This document shows, one piece after another, positions 30,698 through 41,600 of a stretch of 64,000 nt of DNA. Position 1 is the stretch's first letter. Every line of letters starts with the position of its first letter. The stretch lies in NCBI GenBank assembly GCA_039815185.1, contig JBCBZT010000004.1:182022-246021 (forward strand), in the 5' to 3' direction. The notes beneath the pieces were generated by a model, which saw nothing but the letters and a program-made list of their open reading frames with translations, searched no databases and had not been told where the DNA came from. The stretch is from Cyanobacteria bacterium P01_A01_bin.123. Lineage in GTDB: Bacteria; Cyanobacteriota; Cyanobacteriia; Phormidesmidales; Phormidesmidaceae. The position numbers were made by a program, and so were the translations under genes.

Positions 30698-31813
30698 ATG
30701 AAAATTGCTCTAGTTCACGACTATTTAACCCAACGTGGGGGTGCTGAACGAGTCTTTGAGCTGCTCTGCCGACGTTTTCCAGAGGCTGACGTCTATACCT
30801 CGGTTTACGATCCGGAAGGCACAATTGACTTGCAAAATCGCATCGTCAATACGACAGGGTTGCAGCAAATTCCTGGGGCCGCGCGATATTTTCGGTTGTT
30901 TGCACCGCTTTATTTCCCAGCCTTTCGAGCTTTGGATTTGATGCAGTACGACTTAATTATTAGCAGTTCTTCCAGCTTTGCCAAGGCCGTCCGTAAGCGC
31001 CCTGGGGCCCAACACATCTGCTTTTGCCACAATGTCACCCGATTCCTTTGGGATACACAAACCTATCTGCGAGGATACCGGGAATACCAGTTACTCTCTC
31101 CGCTGATCGAACCCATTTTTAGACGGATGCGTCAAGTAGATCGTGAATATGCTGCTGAACCTGACTTATATGTGGCCAACTCCTCAGTCGTAGCGGAGCG
31201 GATTCGTCGGGTTTATCGTAAACCTGCCATCGTCATTAATTACCCCATTGACGACAGTCGATTTCTCTACTCGGCAGATAAGGCAGACTATTACCTAGTG
31301 TCCTCCCGTTTGCTGAGCTATAAGCGCATTGACATTGTGGTAGAAGCCTTCAACTGGCTAGGGTGGCCACTCTTGATTACAGGCAGTGGGCCCGAGCGCG
31401 ATCGACTACAGGAGATGGCCCTAGACAATGTCCAATTTTTAGGTCATGTTGATGACGCCCAACGAGCTTCCCTAATGGCCGGAGCCAAAGCTGTTATTGT
31501 CGCTGCACTTGAAGATTATGGCTTAGTGCCGATTGAGTCTAATTTTAGCGGCACGCCAGTGGTTTCCTTTGGCGAAGGCGGCGTGCTCGATACCCAAGTA
31601 CCCGGTAAAACCGGGGTGTTTTTTAATCGGCAAACACCAGATGCACTACAGTCAGCCCTAATGCAGTCTAGTCAAATAGCTTGGGATGCAGCCGCGATTC
31701 GCGACCATGCGATGACGCGGTTTACCGAAGCTGCCTTTTTCCACCAAATTGAACCCTTGGTGGCTAAGGCCTCTGGGCAACTGTCCCAGTCTCTTGCTCA
31801 ACATTACGCATAA
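30698..31813 (+). CDS. Glycosyltransferase family 4
   Basis: MKIALVHDYL.Q.GGAERV, SRLLSYKRID, EDYGLVPIE. Confidence 0.95.
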   Translation: MKIALVHDYLTQRGGAERVFELLCRRFPEADVYTSVYDPEGTIDLQNRIVNTTGLQQIPGAARYFRLFAPLYFPAFRALDLMQYDLIISSSSSFAKAVRKRPGAQHICFCHNVTRFLWDTQTYLRGYREYQLLSPLIEPIFRRMRQVDREYAAEPDLYVANSSVVAERIRRVYRKPAIVINYPIDDSRFLYSADKADYYLVSSRLLSYKRIDIVVEAFNWLGWPLLITGSGPERDRLQEMALDNVQFLGHVDDAQRASLMAGAKAVIVAALEDYGLVPIESNFSGTPVVSFGEGGVLDTQVPGKTGVFFNRQTPDALQSALMQSSQIAWDAAAIRDHAMTRFTEAAFFHQIEPLVAKASGQLSQSLAQHYA

Positions 31814-31820
31814 CGGACGG

Positions 31821-34025
31821 ATGATCGATATGGGTGTCACTCACAGCGAGTCTAATCCAAATTCGGGTACAGAACTGGGCTATAGCCAGCTATTCTCAAT
31901 TCTGCTGCGGCGAGGATTATGGCTAGTGGGCGGGGTTGGCATCGGGGTGGCAGCAGCAACGCTGTTAACCCTAAGGACAAAACCAACCTATGAGAGTTCT
32001 ATGCAGCTAATTGTAGAACCCAACTATCAAGAAGATCTGCGGCAGACTGAAGAGGGGGGCGGGTCTGATCGCCAACGGGAAACAGATTATGCGACCCAGA
32101 TCAACCTGATGCGCAGCGATCAGTTCTTGAGTCAGGCTGTGGAGGCTGTGCAAGACACCTACCCCGATTTGGAGTTGGGGACGGTGAAAGGTTCCTTTTT
32201 TCTGACCCAAGTTGAAGAAGGCAATGTCGATACTCGCATCTTTGAAGCGGTCTATCTGGGTGAGGATCCTGAAAATACCCAGGCCTTTTTAGATGCCCTC
32301 AAAAATATCTATTTGGCTTACAACCTAGAGCAGCAAGAGCAGCGACTCTCACGCGGTTTATCTTCTATTAATGAACAGCTAAAGGTGGCTCGAAATAACT
32401 TGACTGATACGCAGGGAGCCTTGGAAACCTTTCGGCGTAACCAAAGCTTAATCAACCCTGAGGAACAAGCCACGGCTGTTGTTGATGCCCTCAATCGAGT
32501 AGAGCAGCAGCGGCAAGAACTCCAGGTACAGTTTGCTGATGCCCAAGCTCAATATCAGGCGCTCGAGCGGCAGCTTGCGCTTTCTCCTGAAAGTGCGCTG
32601 GTGGCAGCACGGCTGACCCAATCTTCGCGATTTCAAGGGTTGCTAAATGAGTTGCAACAGACTGAATTGGCGATCGCTGAGACACGGGTTATCTATACCG
32701 ATCTCGACCCTAACCTGCAAGTGCTGCTCGAAGAACGGGACAACCAAGTTGCCTTATTACGGCAAGAAGTCCAGCAAATTTTAGGGTCTCTCCCGGCTGA
32801 ATTGGACGGAGAAGAGACGGTGGTGCGGGCTGGACGATTGAGTGAAATCGATTTGTCCTTAGCGGCCGCGTTGGTGGAAGCCCAGGCCGCCCTGCGACAG
32901 CTTGAAGCCCAGCGTCAAAGTTTGATCGATGTCGCTCAAACCTTGGAAACAGACCTGCAGCGCTACCCTGAGTTGATCGCTGAATATGATCGACTACAAC
33001 CGGAGGTAGAAATCGAACGCACCGTGCTCGAGCGGTTGCTGGAAGAGCGAGAATTGTTGCAAGCAGAGCTCGCCCAGGGGGGCTATAACTGGCAAGTTGT
33101 AGAATCGCCGCAAGTGGGCAAAAAAGTAGCCCCTAACCCCAAGAGCAATCTCATGTTGGGGGCGATCGCGGGGTTGTTTATTGGCGGCATTGCAGCCTTT
33201 GCTCGTGAATCGATGGATCGGGTGGTTCACACCTCTGATGAACTGCAAAAGCAAACAGCCCTGCCCTTGTTGGGCATTTTGCCTGCTTATACTCCGGGTT
33301 GGATAAACGGGCGCAACGGCGATCGCAACTTGACCCCAGTCGACCTAAATCAATCGGATTTGGTCAAAACAGTTCAGGCAGCCCCAGTCCGCGAATCCCT
33401 CGATTTAATTGCTAAAAATATTGAGCTGCTTGCCACCGAGCACAAACTCAAAGCGATTATGGTGAGTTCGGCCTTGCCCAACGAGGGCAAAACAACCTTG
33501 ACGCTGGGGTTAGCGTTGAGTGCCGCCCGCCTCAATCAACGGGTACTGGTAGTGGATGCCGATTTGCGCCAACCCACTCTGCACCGCGAGCTAGCCTTGC
33601 CCAATAATGCTGGTCTGACGGTGCTAGCCGGGGGACTGATTCATCGAGTCAATCCAGCCGCCGTATCCTTTGGTCCCATTGCTATCGATGTGCTGACCGC
33701 TGGGCCGGAACCCAGCGATCCGCTCAGGGTGTTGAGTTCTCATCGGGTGAAACAGTTGGTCGCGCTTTTACGCCGCAACTATGACCTGATTTTGATTGAT
33801 ACACCGCCCGTGTTGGGCATGGCTGATACCCTGCAGGTGGGATCCTTTTGTGACGGTGCGGTGTTGGTGGCCCGAATCGATCGCATTACTCAACCCGATT
33901 TGAATCAGGCCATGCATTCGCTGTCTCAGTTAAGACTGCTTGGCGTGGTTGCCAACGGGGTCAAACAATCCGCGACGCGCTATGCCGACTACGGCATCGC
34001 TAAACGAACCTCACATTCTTCCTAG
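31821..34025 (+). CDS. Wzc/GumC polysaccharide co-polymerase with tyrosine-kinase domain
   Basis: Two TMs flanking a coiled coil; SALPNEGKT Walker A, VVDADLRQP, IDTPP. Confidence 0.93.
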   Translation: MIDMGVTHSESNPNSGTELGYSQLFSILLRRGLWLVGGVGIGVAAATLLTLRTKPTYESSMQLIVEPNYQEDLRQTEEGGGSDRQRETDYATQINLMRSDQFLSQAVEAVQDTYPDLELGTVKGSFFLTQVEEGNVDTRIFEAVYLGEDPENTQAFLDALKNIYLAYNLEQQEQRLSRGLSSINEQLKVARNNLTDTQGALETFRRNQSLINPEEQATAVVDALNRVEQQRQELQVQFADAQAQYQALERQLALSPESALVAARLTQSSRFQGLLNELQQTELAIAETRVIYTDLDPNLQVLLEERDNQVALLRQEVQQILGSLPAELDGEETVVRAGRLSEIDLSLAAALVEAQAALRQLEAQRQSLIDVAQTLETDLQRYPELIAEYDRLQPEVEIERTVLERLLEERELLQAELAQGGYNWQVVESPQVGKKVAPNPKSNLMLGAIAGLFIGGIAAFARESMDRVVHTSDELQKQTALPLLGILPAYTPGWINGRNGDRNLTPVDLNQSDLVKTVQAAPVRESLDLIAKNIELLATEHKLKAIMVSSALPNEGKTTLTLGLALSAARLNQRVLVVDADLRQPTLHRELALPNNAGLTVLAGGLIHRVNPAAVSFGPIAIDVLTAGPEPSDPLRVLSSHRVKQLVALLRRNYDLILIDTPPVLGMADTLQVGSFCDGAVLVARIDRITQPDLNQAMHSLSQLRLLGVVANGVKQSATRYADYGIAKRTSHSS

Positions 34026-34159
34026 GATGTGGCAGACTACGCCGTCGATTACGTGTTTCGATAGGGGTTTGCAAGGCCCTCCTGGTGCCAAACATATCTC
34101 CTGGTAAGACCTTCAACATTCAAGACACGAACCTTACACCCACAAAGGAGTCTTTAGCT

Positions 34160-35107
34160 ATGGCCGCTTCCACTGTGCTCAAAACTTCAAAGCTTTCCAT
34201 CCTTGAATCCCCGACTCGGCAGTCCGTTACTTCAACGGAGACGGCTCAGCTTACCCGCTGCCAAGTGAAATGGCGGCAGGGCAAACTTGTTGTGGAGCTC
34301 GCCAATGACAGAGCTGGCGAAAGCCTCCCCGCCTTACACAATTTAGACTGGTTCAAGCACTGCCTGGCCCGGTCGCGGGCTACGGCTGTCTACATCGACC
34401 CCAATCTAGATGCCCAAACCCTAAAGCTGTGGGCTGATGCCAGTGAAGCAGCCCATCTGCCCGTCTTTCTCCGCCTACCTGCCCGCAACGAGCTACCGCA
34501 AAATCCCTGCACGTTGCCCTGGCAACTCAAGTGTTTGCTCGATCGCGTTGCCGCGGCTGTATTGCTGTTCGCCTTTACCCCACTCATGCTGATTATCATC
34601 AGCTTAATGCAGCTCACAATGCCTGGGCCAATTATCTTTAGCCAGTGGCGTGTCGGTGAACGAGGCCGCCTATTTCGCGTATTCAAATTCCGCTCAATGG
34701 TCGTGGATGCCGAAAAGCACCACAATCGCGTCATGGGGCAGCAAACCGGCTTACATAAACTTCAAAATGACCCCCGCGTCACCCCTCTGGGCTACTGGAT
34801 GCGTAAGTTGAGTTTGGATGAACTGCCCCAACTGGTCAACGTTGTCCGGGGCGAAATGAGTTTGGTGGGCCCTCGCCCTTGGGCACTGTATGATGCTGTG
34901 CGCATTAAGCCCGAGCTGCGCCATCGTCTCAATGCCCTACCGGGTATTACAGGGGCTTGGCAGGTGGAAGCTCGCTCTACTCAGTTAGATCTCGATGCCG
35001 TCAATCAGCGCGATGTAGAGTACCTCAAAGATTGGTCACTTAAGGAAGATTTGCGCATTTTGCTAATGACTGTGCCCAAGGTGATTGCAGGTTCAGGTGC
35101 GTGTTAG
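34160..35107 (+). CDS. hepC: HepC-like priming sugar (phosphoglycosyl) transferase
   Basis: AAAGGAG SD; N-terminal L..WADA...A..PVFLRLP domain; FKFRSM, DPRVT..G..MRK.SLDELPQL.NV.RGEMSLVGPRP. Confidence 0.8.
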   Translation: MAASTVLKTSKLSILESPTRQSVTSTETAQLTRCQVKWRQGKLVVELANDRAGESLPALHNLDWFKHCLARSRATAVYIDPNLDAQTLKLWADASEAAHLPVFLRLPARNELPQNPCTLPWQLKCLLDRVAAAVLLFAFTPLMLIIISLMQLTMPGPIIFSQWRVGERGRLFRVFKFRSMVVDAEKHHNRVMGQQTGLHKLQNDPRVTPLGYWMRKLSLDELPQLVNVVRGEMSLVGPRPWALYDAVRIKPELRHRLNALPGITGAWQVEARSTQLDLDAVNQRDVEYLKDWSLKEDLRILLMTVPKVIAGSGAC

Positions 35108-35255
35108 TCGGCGACCGTGATCTGACCGGTCATGCAAAACACCGACTCGAAGAGCTAGGGATAAAGGGGTGAGGCGTAGTGTTTGATCAATCTCCCCATC
35201 CCGTTATCCCCTGATCTCCCTATCCTCTCTTTTCCTTTTCCAGCCTTCTTCAACT

Positions 35256-37106
35256 ATGAAATCGACCCCCTCGACCTTGCTACGACGGCTGCTTCAAACA
35301 ACCCAGTTTTGGCAAGATAATGGTCTCATCTTTCGGGAAGCCCGATACTTTCCGGGAATTGCGACGATCGCGATCGCAGCGCCGATCTTAGCGGCTGTCT
35401 TTGAAGGATTTGGCATTGGCTTTTTGCTGGGCTTTCTGCAAAACCTGGTTGACCCCAATGGGGAACCTTTCCAAACCGGGTTGCAGTGGTTTGATGTGTG
35501 GATCTTGGGTATTGATCAGCCTGAACTGAATCGCCTGTATCGGGTATCAGCACTGATTTTGTGCTCGACCTGGATGCGGGCATTGTTTAACTATCTCACC
35601 TTCTTGTATACCGATTTAGCTAAGGCCCGCTTGGTTGATCGACTCTATACTCGGGTTTTTGAACAACTCCAGGCCGTGAGTTTGAGCTTTTTTAACCAGG
35701 TGCGATCGGGAGATATCATCAATACCCTAACCACAGAGATTAATCAGCTCCAGCAAATGATGCGGATGTTGGGATTCATTGTCTCTAAAGGATTAGTTGT
35801 CCTGGTGTATGCAGTGGTGGCGCTGCTGATTTCTTGGCAGTTGTCGCTGTTGACTGTGCTGCTGTTTGGCCTAGCGATCGCAGGGTTGTCTAACCTCCAC
35901 CGCCGAGTCCGGGAAGCCAGCTTCCCAGTGTCCCGGACACGCAGCAAGTTTACGTCATTAGCCTCTGAGTTAGTGAGCGGCATTCGCACGGTCAAGGCTT
36001 TTGCTACCCAAGACTACGAACAGCGGCGCTACAGCGCCGCTAGTCAAGACATTGTGAAAGCTGCTAAAGTTGCAGCCCAACGCCTGTCCTTAGTACGCCC
36101 GATGTCTGAGGGCCTAGCCACTACGATTTTGGTGATGATTTTACTGGTGGGCATGACATTGTTAGTGGGCAATGGCTTGCTCGAGGTACCGGCGCTACTC
36201 ACCTTTGTGTTTATTTTGTTTCGCATGGTGCCTGCCCTGCATGAACTCAATGGTGATATTGCTACCATTCAAAGTTTGCAGGGGGCAATGCACAGCATTC
36301 AAAATCTGCTGCGCACCGACGATAAACCTTATCAGCAAAATGGTCATTTGCCCTTTACCCAGATTCAGCGAGCTATCCAGTTGGTGTCGGTGGATTTTGG
36401 TTATGCGCCTGACAGTCCTGTGCTCAAGAATCTCACGTTGACTATTGAAAAAGGTCAAACGATTGCCTTAGTGGGTGCATCCGGAGCAGGCAAAAGTACC
36501 CTAGTGGATTTATTGCCGCGCTTCTATGACCCGACTGAAGGGGCAGTTTTAATCGACGGCATTGACCTGCGCCAATTTGATATCAATACAGTCCGCCGCA
36601 ACATGGCAATCGTTAGCCAAGATACGTTTATCTTTAATGCCTCTGTAAGAGACAACATTGTCTACGGGAGTGAAGGGGCAAGTCATGATGAGGTTTTAGA
36701 AGCGGCACGGTTGGCTAATGCCGTGGACTTTGTTGATGACCTACCCGATGGGTTTGACACTGTGCTTGGCGATCGCGGGGTACGCCTTTCTGGCGGGCAA
36801 CGACAACGGATTGCGATCGCCCGAGCCTTACTCCGCAACCCAGAGATTTTGATTTTAGACGAGGCCACTAGCGCCCTTGATTCAATGTCAGAAAAGCTGA
36901 TTCAAGCCTCTGTAGAAAAACTATCCGTGGGTAGAACTGTGATCGCGATCGCCCACCGCCTTTCCACCATTGTCAACGCCGATAAAGTGGTTGTGCTCGA
37001 TCAGGGCCGCATTGTCGAACAGGGTTCCTATCAAGATCTCCTCAATCATCGCGGTTATCTGTGGAAATTCCACCAGATGCAATACGAAGTTGGACAAACT
37101 CGCTAG
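35256..37106 (+). CDS. hepA: HepA-like ABC transporter (fused permease/ATPase)
   Basis: FW.DN.LI.RE...F and QTGL.WFD.WILG N-terminal motifs of cyanobacterial HepA; GASGAGKST, LSGGQRQR, ILDEATSALD. Confidence 0.8.
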   Translation: MKSTPSTLLRRLLQTTQFWQDNGLIFREARYFPGIATIAIAAPILAAVFEGFGIGFLLGFLQNLVDPNGEPFQTGLQWFDVWILGIDQPELNRLYRVSALILCSTWMRALFNYLTFLYTDLAKARLVDRLYTRVFEQLQAVSLSFFNQVRSGDIINTLTTEINQLQQMMRMLGFIVSKGLVVLVYAVVALLISWQLSLLTVLLFGLAIAGLSNLHRRVREASFPVSRTRSKFTSLASELVSGIRTVKAFATQDYEQRRYSAASQDIVKAAKVAAQRLSLVRPMSEGLATTILVMILLVGMTLLVGNGLLEVPALLTFVFILFRMVPALHELNGDIATIQSLQGAMHSIQNLLRTDDKPYQQNGHLPFTQIQRAIQLVSVDFGYAPDSPVLKNLTLTIEKGQTIALVGASGAGKSTLVDLLPRFYDPTEGAVLIDGIDLRQFDINTVRRNMAIVSQDTFIFNASVRDNIVYGSEGASHDEVLEAARLANAVDFVDDLPDGFDTVLGDRGVRLSGGQRQRIAIARALLRNPEILILDEATSALDSMSEKLIQASVEKLSVGRTVIAIAHRLSTIVNADKVVVLDQGRIVEQGSYQDLLNHRGYLWKFHQMQYEVGQTR

Positions 37107-37183
37107 ATCAGGTTAAAAACCGCGCTTTTCTGATACTGCCCAGTTACTAGAACGTTCAGGTTTAGGTTGATACATCAAACATT

Positions 37184-37867
37184 ATGGCTATTATTTGTCA
37201 CGACATTCAACTGCTGTTTATCATGACCCCAAGAACAGCTTGCACAGCAATTGGTAAACTACTATTTGAACGGTTTGGTGGTGAGTACATCCCAGCTCAA
37301 AGTTTAATTGACAATCAAGGCAATTTTATAGTGCGGAAGAAACATTCGACCCTGACAGATTTGATCCAACATAATCTCATCAATCAATCAATCATTGATG
37401 ACTACTTTAAGGTAGCCACAGTGCGTAATCCCTTTGATAGTCTAGTCTCGCTCTATGTCAAGAAACGAGAAAGCTACGCGTCACAGTTGGACGATCCAAA
37501 ATCATGGGTACATTCGGTGCCAGGATATGTTGAAGACATGAAATTTTGCCAAACGCACTCGTTTGATGACTGGATTGCGAAAACCTTTGCCCCTCCAACA
37601 TTCAAGCGATTTTTGAATCGCGGTAAGCAATCTTTGTTTGATGGATTTACCAGTGGTGTCAACCAGGTTATGCGCTTTGAGCAAGTTCAATCAAATCTTC
37701 AGTCTGTACTACAGGAAATTGGGGTTAAGGAGGAGTTTGAAATTCCTAAAATCAATCAAACTCAAGAGAAGATAAAGGCATATCGGGACTATTATACACC
37801 CAGATCTAGGGCTACAATTGAATACGTATTTTCAAAAGATATAGCCACCTATGGATACCAATTCTAA
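37184..37867 (+). CDS. Sulfotransferase family 2-like protein
   Basis: LLFIMTPRTACTAI (PAPS 5'-PSB-like), VRNPFDSLVSLY, YRDYY...D...YGYQF. Confidence 0.85.
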   Translation: MAIICHDIQLLFIMTPRTACTAIGKLLFERFGGEYIPAQSLIDNQGNFIVRKKHSTLTDLIQHNLINQSIIDDYFKVATVRNPFDSLVSLYVKKRESYASQLDDPKSWVHSVPGYVEDMKFCQTHSFDDWIAKTFAPPTFKRFLNRGKQSLFDGFTSGVNQVMRFEQVQSNLQSVLQEIGVKEEFEIPKINQTQEKIKAYRDYYTPRSRATIEYVFSKDIATYGYQF

Positions 37868-37890
37868 CTCTACTGATTAGGAGATCTAGT

Positions 37891-38310
37891 ATGACCATGT
37901 GGGTTCGCATTGTGGCGAAGTTTTAGATCGCCACTGTACCAAAACATTTGGTCTATTATCGTATTTATTCTGGCAGCAGTTCTCACAACTTAAAACTCCA
38001 TCTTGATGGTCGCATCACTGTAATTGAAAGAACATTTAGCAATGCACCAGAGTCAGTCATAGATCTCAAACCAGTGGCTTTGGGGGAAGATTATCTAATG
38101 GTAGCCTGGAGGACTCTAATGACTGAAGACTATGCTTTGGGCTTGGCATTGCGACGTCAGGCCATACTCCATGAGCCAACCTTGCGTTCAAATCGAGTTT
38201 ACCAGCACCTGGGCTTTATTATTACCATGCGACGATTGCTAGGACGGAATACATATAGTGCGCTCTCAAAGTTAAAACGAGGCTTTAGTGATTTAGTTCG
38301 GCTTAAGTGA
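37891..38310 (+). pseudogene. C-terminal remnant of a GT2 paralogous to 44124-45074
   Basis: MWVRIVAKF*IATVPKHLVYYRI...RRLLGR.TY aligns with MWIRIAANFQIATLAEHLVYYRI...RRLLGRSTY; TAG at 37924-37926 replaces Gln; the catalytic N-terminal half is absent. Confidence 0.85.
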
Positions 38311-38414
38311 ACAGGTTTGCGTGTAGTCTTGGCACAGAATGATATCTAGCCACTCCAGATAAAGAATACTCTAAAGGCAAAGCTCTTGGTACATATCTCA
38401 ATTCAAAGCAAAAG

Positions 38415-39215
38415 ATGAAACATTTCAAGCAGATAGTCAAGAATATATTGCTTAGGGGAAAACCCAATCTATTCTTTATGCATATCCCTAAAACAGGCGG
38501 AACATCTATAGACTTTGCAATTAGTCGGCATTATCCTATTAGTAAGTATTATGTAGATCCTGTTGTAACGATCAATGTAGCTAGGATAGTGGCTGACCAA
38601 AATCTTGATGCTGTTGATTTTGAGGCGTGTTTTAGCCTAAGGGAAAACATATTGGCCTATAAAATGGGAAAGGGCATAAAGTATGTGACTGGTCATGTTC
38701 CATTCCGAACAGATATTTGGGAAGCTTTTCATCATCAATATCTTTTCACGGCGATTCTCAGAGATCCGATACGACGATTTATCTCTCAGTACTTTTACAA
38801 CAAACATAAGCAAGCCGAATACTCCAAGATAGATCTTGATTTTTCAGACTATATTGCTTCTGAGGCAGGAGCAAGATGTGGTGCGACATACGTCAGGTAT
38901 TTTATGGGTTCTTCAAAGCCCACAAATCTTTTCTCAGCCGAAGCGATTCAAGCTGCCAAAAATAATCTGTCTAAATTCAGTATGATAGGGTTTCTTGAAA
39001 AATTAGATTTAGCGGTAGAAAGCTTTGCGAAAATTAGTGAACTGAAACTAAACGTACCTCACCAGAATAAGAATCCCAAGAAAAACTATCAGTTGTCAGA
39101 ACAAGATATGGCAAAAGTAAGGCAAATATGTGCACCAGATATTGAAATTTATGACTATGCAAAGCATATATTCCTAGAGGGTAAAAAAGAATCATCATCT
39201 CTTGTGAAAATTTAG
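38415..39215 (+). CDS. Sulfotransferase family 2 protein
   Basis: FFMHIPKTGGTSI, ILRDPIRRFISQYFY. Confidence 0.9.
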   Translation: MKHFKQIVKNILLRGKPNLFFMHIPKTGGTSIDFAISRHYPISKYYVDPVVTINVARIVADQNLDAVDFEACFSLRENILAYKMGKGIKYVTGHVPFRTDIWEAFHHQYLFTAILRDPIRRFISQYFYNKHKQAEYSKIDLDFSDYIASEAGARCGATYVRYFMGSSKPTNLFSAEAIQAAKNNLSKFSMIGFLEKLDLAVESFAKISELKLNVPHQNKNPKKNYQLSEQDMAKVRQICAPDIEIYDYAKHIFLEGKKESSSLVKI

Positions 39216-39300
39216 GGTTGAGGTCTGCTTCCCAAATTTCTAAAATTTAAGCTGGAAATGCATCTAAGCGATCCTTAAATATCTAACAAGTGAGTAAAGC

Positions 39301-40239
39301 ATGGATAGTCAAAATAAACCTGACTTCTTTATCGTTGGCGCTCCAAAATGTGGCACAACTTCCTTGTGTTACTATCTTTCGCAACATCCAGAAATATTTA
39401 TGCCGGAAGAAAAAGAACCCAACTTCTTTAATACTGATATTGTTCACTATAAGAGAGACCTAGAGGAATATCTAAATCTTTTCTCTGACCATAGACATGA
39501 ACTGTGTGGAGAGGGATCGGCTTGGTATCTTTACTCAAATACAGCGGCTCAGGCGATCAAGCAATTCAATCCACAGGCCAAGATTATTATTGCTTTACGG
39601 GATCCGGTAGCATTGATTGAATCGCTCCATAGTGAGAACATGGTTTGCGGTTATGAGACCATCAAGGACTTGCCTAGAGCTATCGAAGCCGAAGCGCTTA
39701 GGAAAAATGGCCAGCTAGCTGTTAAAAGCGCAACTCTAAAACAGCGATGGTACTGTCATGATTGGTACCTTTATCGAAATGTTGCAGCTTTCTCAAACCA
39801 AGTCAAGCGATATCTAGAGCATTTTGATCATGAAAATATTCACTTTGTTATCTTTGACGATCTCTGCAAAGATACCCGAGGTGAATATAAGCGACTACTG
39901 CAATTCTTAGGCGCTGAAAACACTGACTTTGAACCAGAATTTGACATTCAACGTTCTAATCGTCAAGTTAAGTATTCTCGATTTTATAGCTTTTTTGCAG
40001 CGCCGCCTGATTCATTAATTCGATTCATCAGAAGAATAACTCCAAATGTTTTGAAACCTGTTATTAGTAAGCTGGGTTGGCAGATCATTAGTGGTGCTAA
40101 GCGAGTCCTTACCATACCTAAGGCTCGGCAGTCCAATGATTTAACATTCCGAACACAACTTAAGCAGCAATTTGAATCTGAAGTAATGCAGTTGAGTAAG
40201 TTGCTCAACCGAGATCTTACTCATTGGGTCTCGCGTTAG
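39301..40239 (+). CDS. Sulfotransferase (heparan-sulfotransferase-like fold)
   Basis: PDFFIVGAPKCGTTSL..YLSQHP, KEPNFF, KIIIALRDPV. Confidence 0.93.
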   Translation: MDSQNKPDFFIVGAPKCGTTSLCYYLSQHPEIFMPEEKEPNFFNTDIVHYKRDLEEYLNLFSDHRHELCGEGSAWYLYSNTAAQAIKQFNPQAKIIIALRDPVALIESLHSENMVCGYETIKDLPRAIEAEALRKNGQLAVKSATLKQRWYCHDWYLYRNVAAFSNQVKRYLEHFDHENIHFVIFDDLCKDTRGEYKRLLQFLGAENTDFEPEFDIQRSNRQVKYSRFYSFFAAPPDSLIRFIRRITPNVLKPVISKLGWQIISGAKRVLTIPKARQSNDLTFRTQLKQQFESEVMQLSKLLNRDLTHWVSR

Positions 40240-40466
40240 ATTAAGTCATGATTGAGAGAAGGTTCTGTTCATCGCTAGGATGACTTTTGGGGAAATGGGC
40301 TGCCATGTTGTTGTAGAAGTCTTGAAACTTTCTAATTTGTCCCTAGCAATAATTATAGCCTTACTTGATCTCGATCTAAAAAGGAAGTCTCAACGAATAT
40401 CCCACATAAAACTATCGATCTGACAATCTGTCTTTTTATTCTCTCAACAAATTTCTCACGAAGATC

Positions 40467-41540
40467 ATGACAACTACTCGTTCCTCACCCACCTTGACCA
40501 CTGCCAAAGTAACTTTAGTCGTGGTTCCTCGCGAACGATTTAGCCATACCCAAACTTCTCTAGAAAGTCTCTATTGTCATACCCAAGTTCCCTTTGATTT
40601 GGTGTATATCGACGGTAATTCGCCCCCTGCAGTTCAGCATTATCTTGAAACACAGGCTGAGCTAAAAGGGTTTCAACTGATCAGAGTGAATCATTATCTT
40701 TCGCCGAATTTCAGCCGTAACCTAGGATTGAAGCAGGTCAAAACCCCCTACGTTGTGTTTGTTGATAATGACGTGATCGTTTCTCCTGGTTGGTTGAAAA
40801 CCCTGATAGCTTGTGCTGAAAATCATCAAGCTGCTGTTGTCGGACCGCTCGTGTGTGAGCAAGAGCCTGTACATCAACATATCCACTGTGCTGGCGGTGA
40901 ATCTCATATTCTTGAGGATGCTAAAGGGCGGCGAATTTTGCGCGAAAAAATGTATCGTCAAGGGCAACAACTAGCAGATGTTCAGCTCCAACTCCAGGCA
41001 ACAGAAACTGAACTCATCGAATTTCACTGCATGCTAGTACGAACCAATATTTTTAATACTATTCCTGAGTTTGATGAACAAATGCTCAATACCAAAGAAC
41101 ATTTAGATTTTTGCATGGCTGTCATGGCCTTAGGGGAAACCGTCTACTTTGAACCCCGCTCTGTTGTTACTTATGTACCAGGTAAGCCTTCTACCTGGAG
41201 TGACTTGCACTTTTATATGCTGCGTTGGAGTGACCATTGGACTCAGGCTAGCCTGAGGCGACTACAGCAAAAGTGGCAGATAGAGCCCAACTCCGCCTAT
41301 TTTAGTAACCGCTACAAACGACTCAATTGGCGTCGTCGATTCTACCTGATTACACCATTAGTTCGACGGTTAAGTTTAGGATTTGAGAATCGCATTCTAA
41401 TTAAATTTTTAAGTTTAGCAGAGCGTCCTTTTAATGCTTACTTAGTACATCAAAACTCCAATGCCCATCAAGCTTATTTATCCATCCAGAATAAGCCTGC
41501 TCCCATTTCGAAAATCCGACTACTTGAAACAAACCCATAG
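40467..41540 (+). CDS. Glycosyltransferase family 2
   Basis: VVVPRERFS, YIDGNSP, VFVDNDV, EFHCMLVR, EHLDFC. Confidence 0.9.
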   Translation: MTTTRSSPTLTTAKVTLVVVPRERFSHTQTSLESLYCHTQVPFDLVYIDGNSPPAVQHYLETQAELKGFQLIRVNHYLSPNFSRNLGLKQVKTPYVVFVDNDVIVSPGWLKTLIACAENHQAAVVGPLVCEQEPVHQHIHCAGGESHILEDAKGRRILREKMYRQGQQLADVQLQLQATETELIEFHCMLVRTNIFNTIPEFDEQMLNTKEHLDFCMAVMALGETVYFEPRSVVTYVPGKPSTWSDLHFYMLRWSDHWTQASLRRLQQKWQIEPNSAYFSNRYKRLNWRRRFYLITPLVRRLSLGFENRILIKFLSLAERPFNAYLVHQNSNAHQAYLSIQNKPAPISKIRLLETNP

Positions 41541-41600
41541 AAGCTACGTCAACGGCTGAAAAGGCCTTATTTGATCTCACAGATCATTCACTGTGTTACC

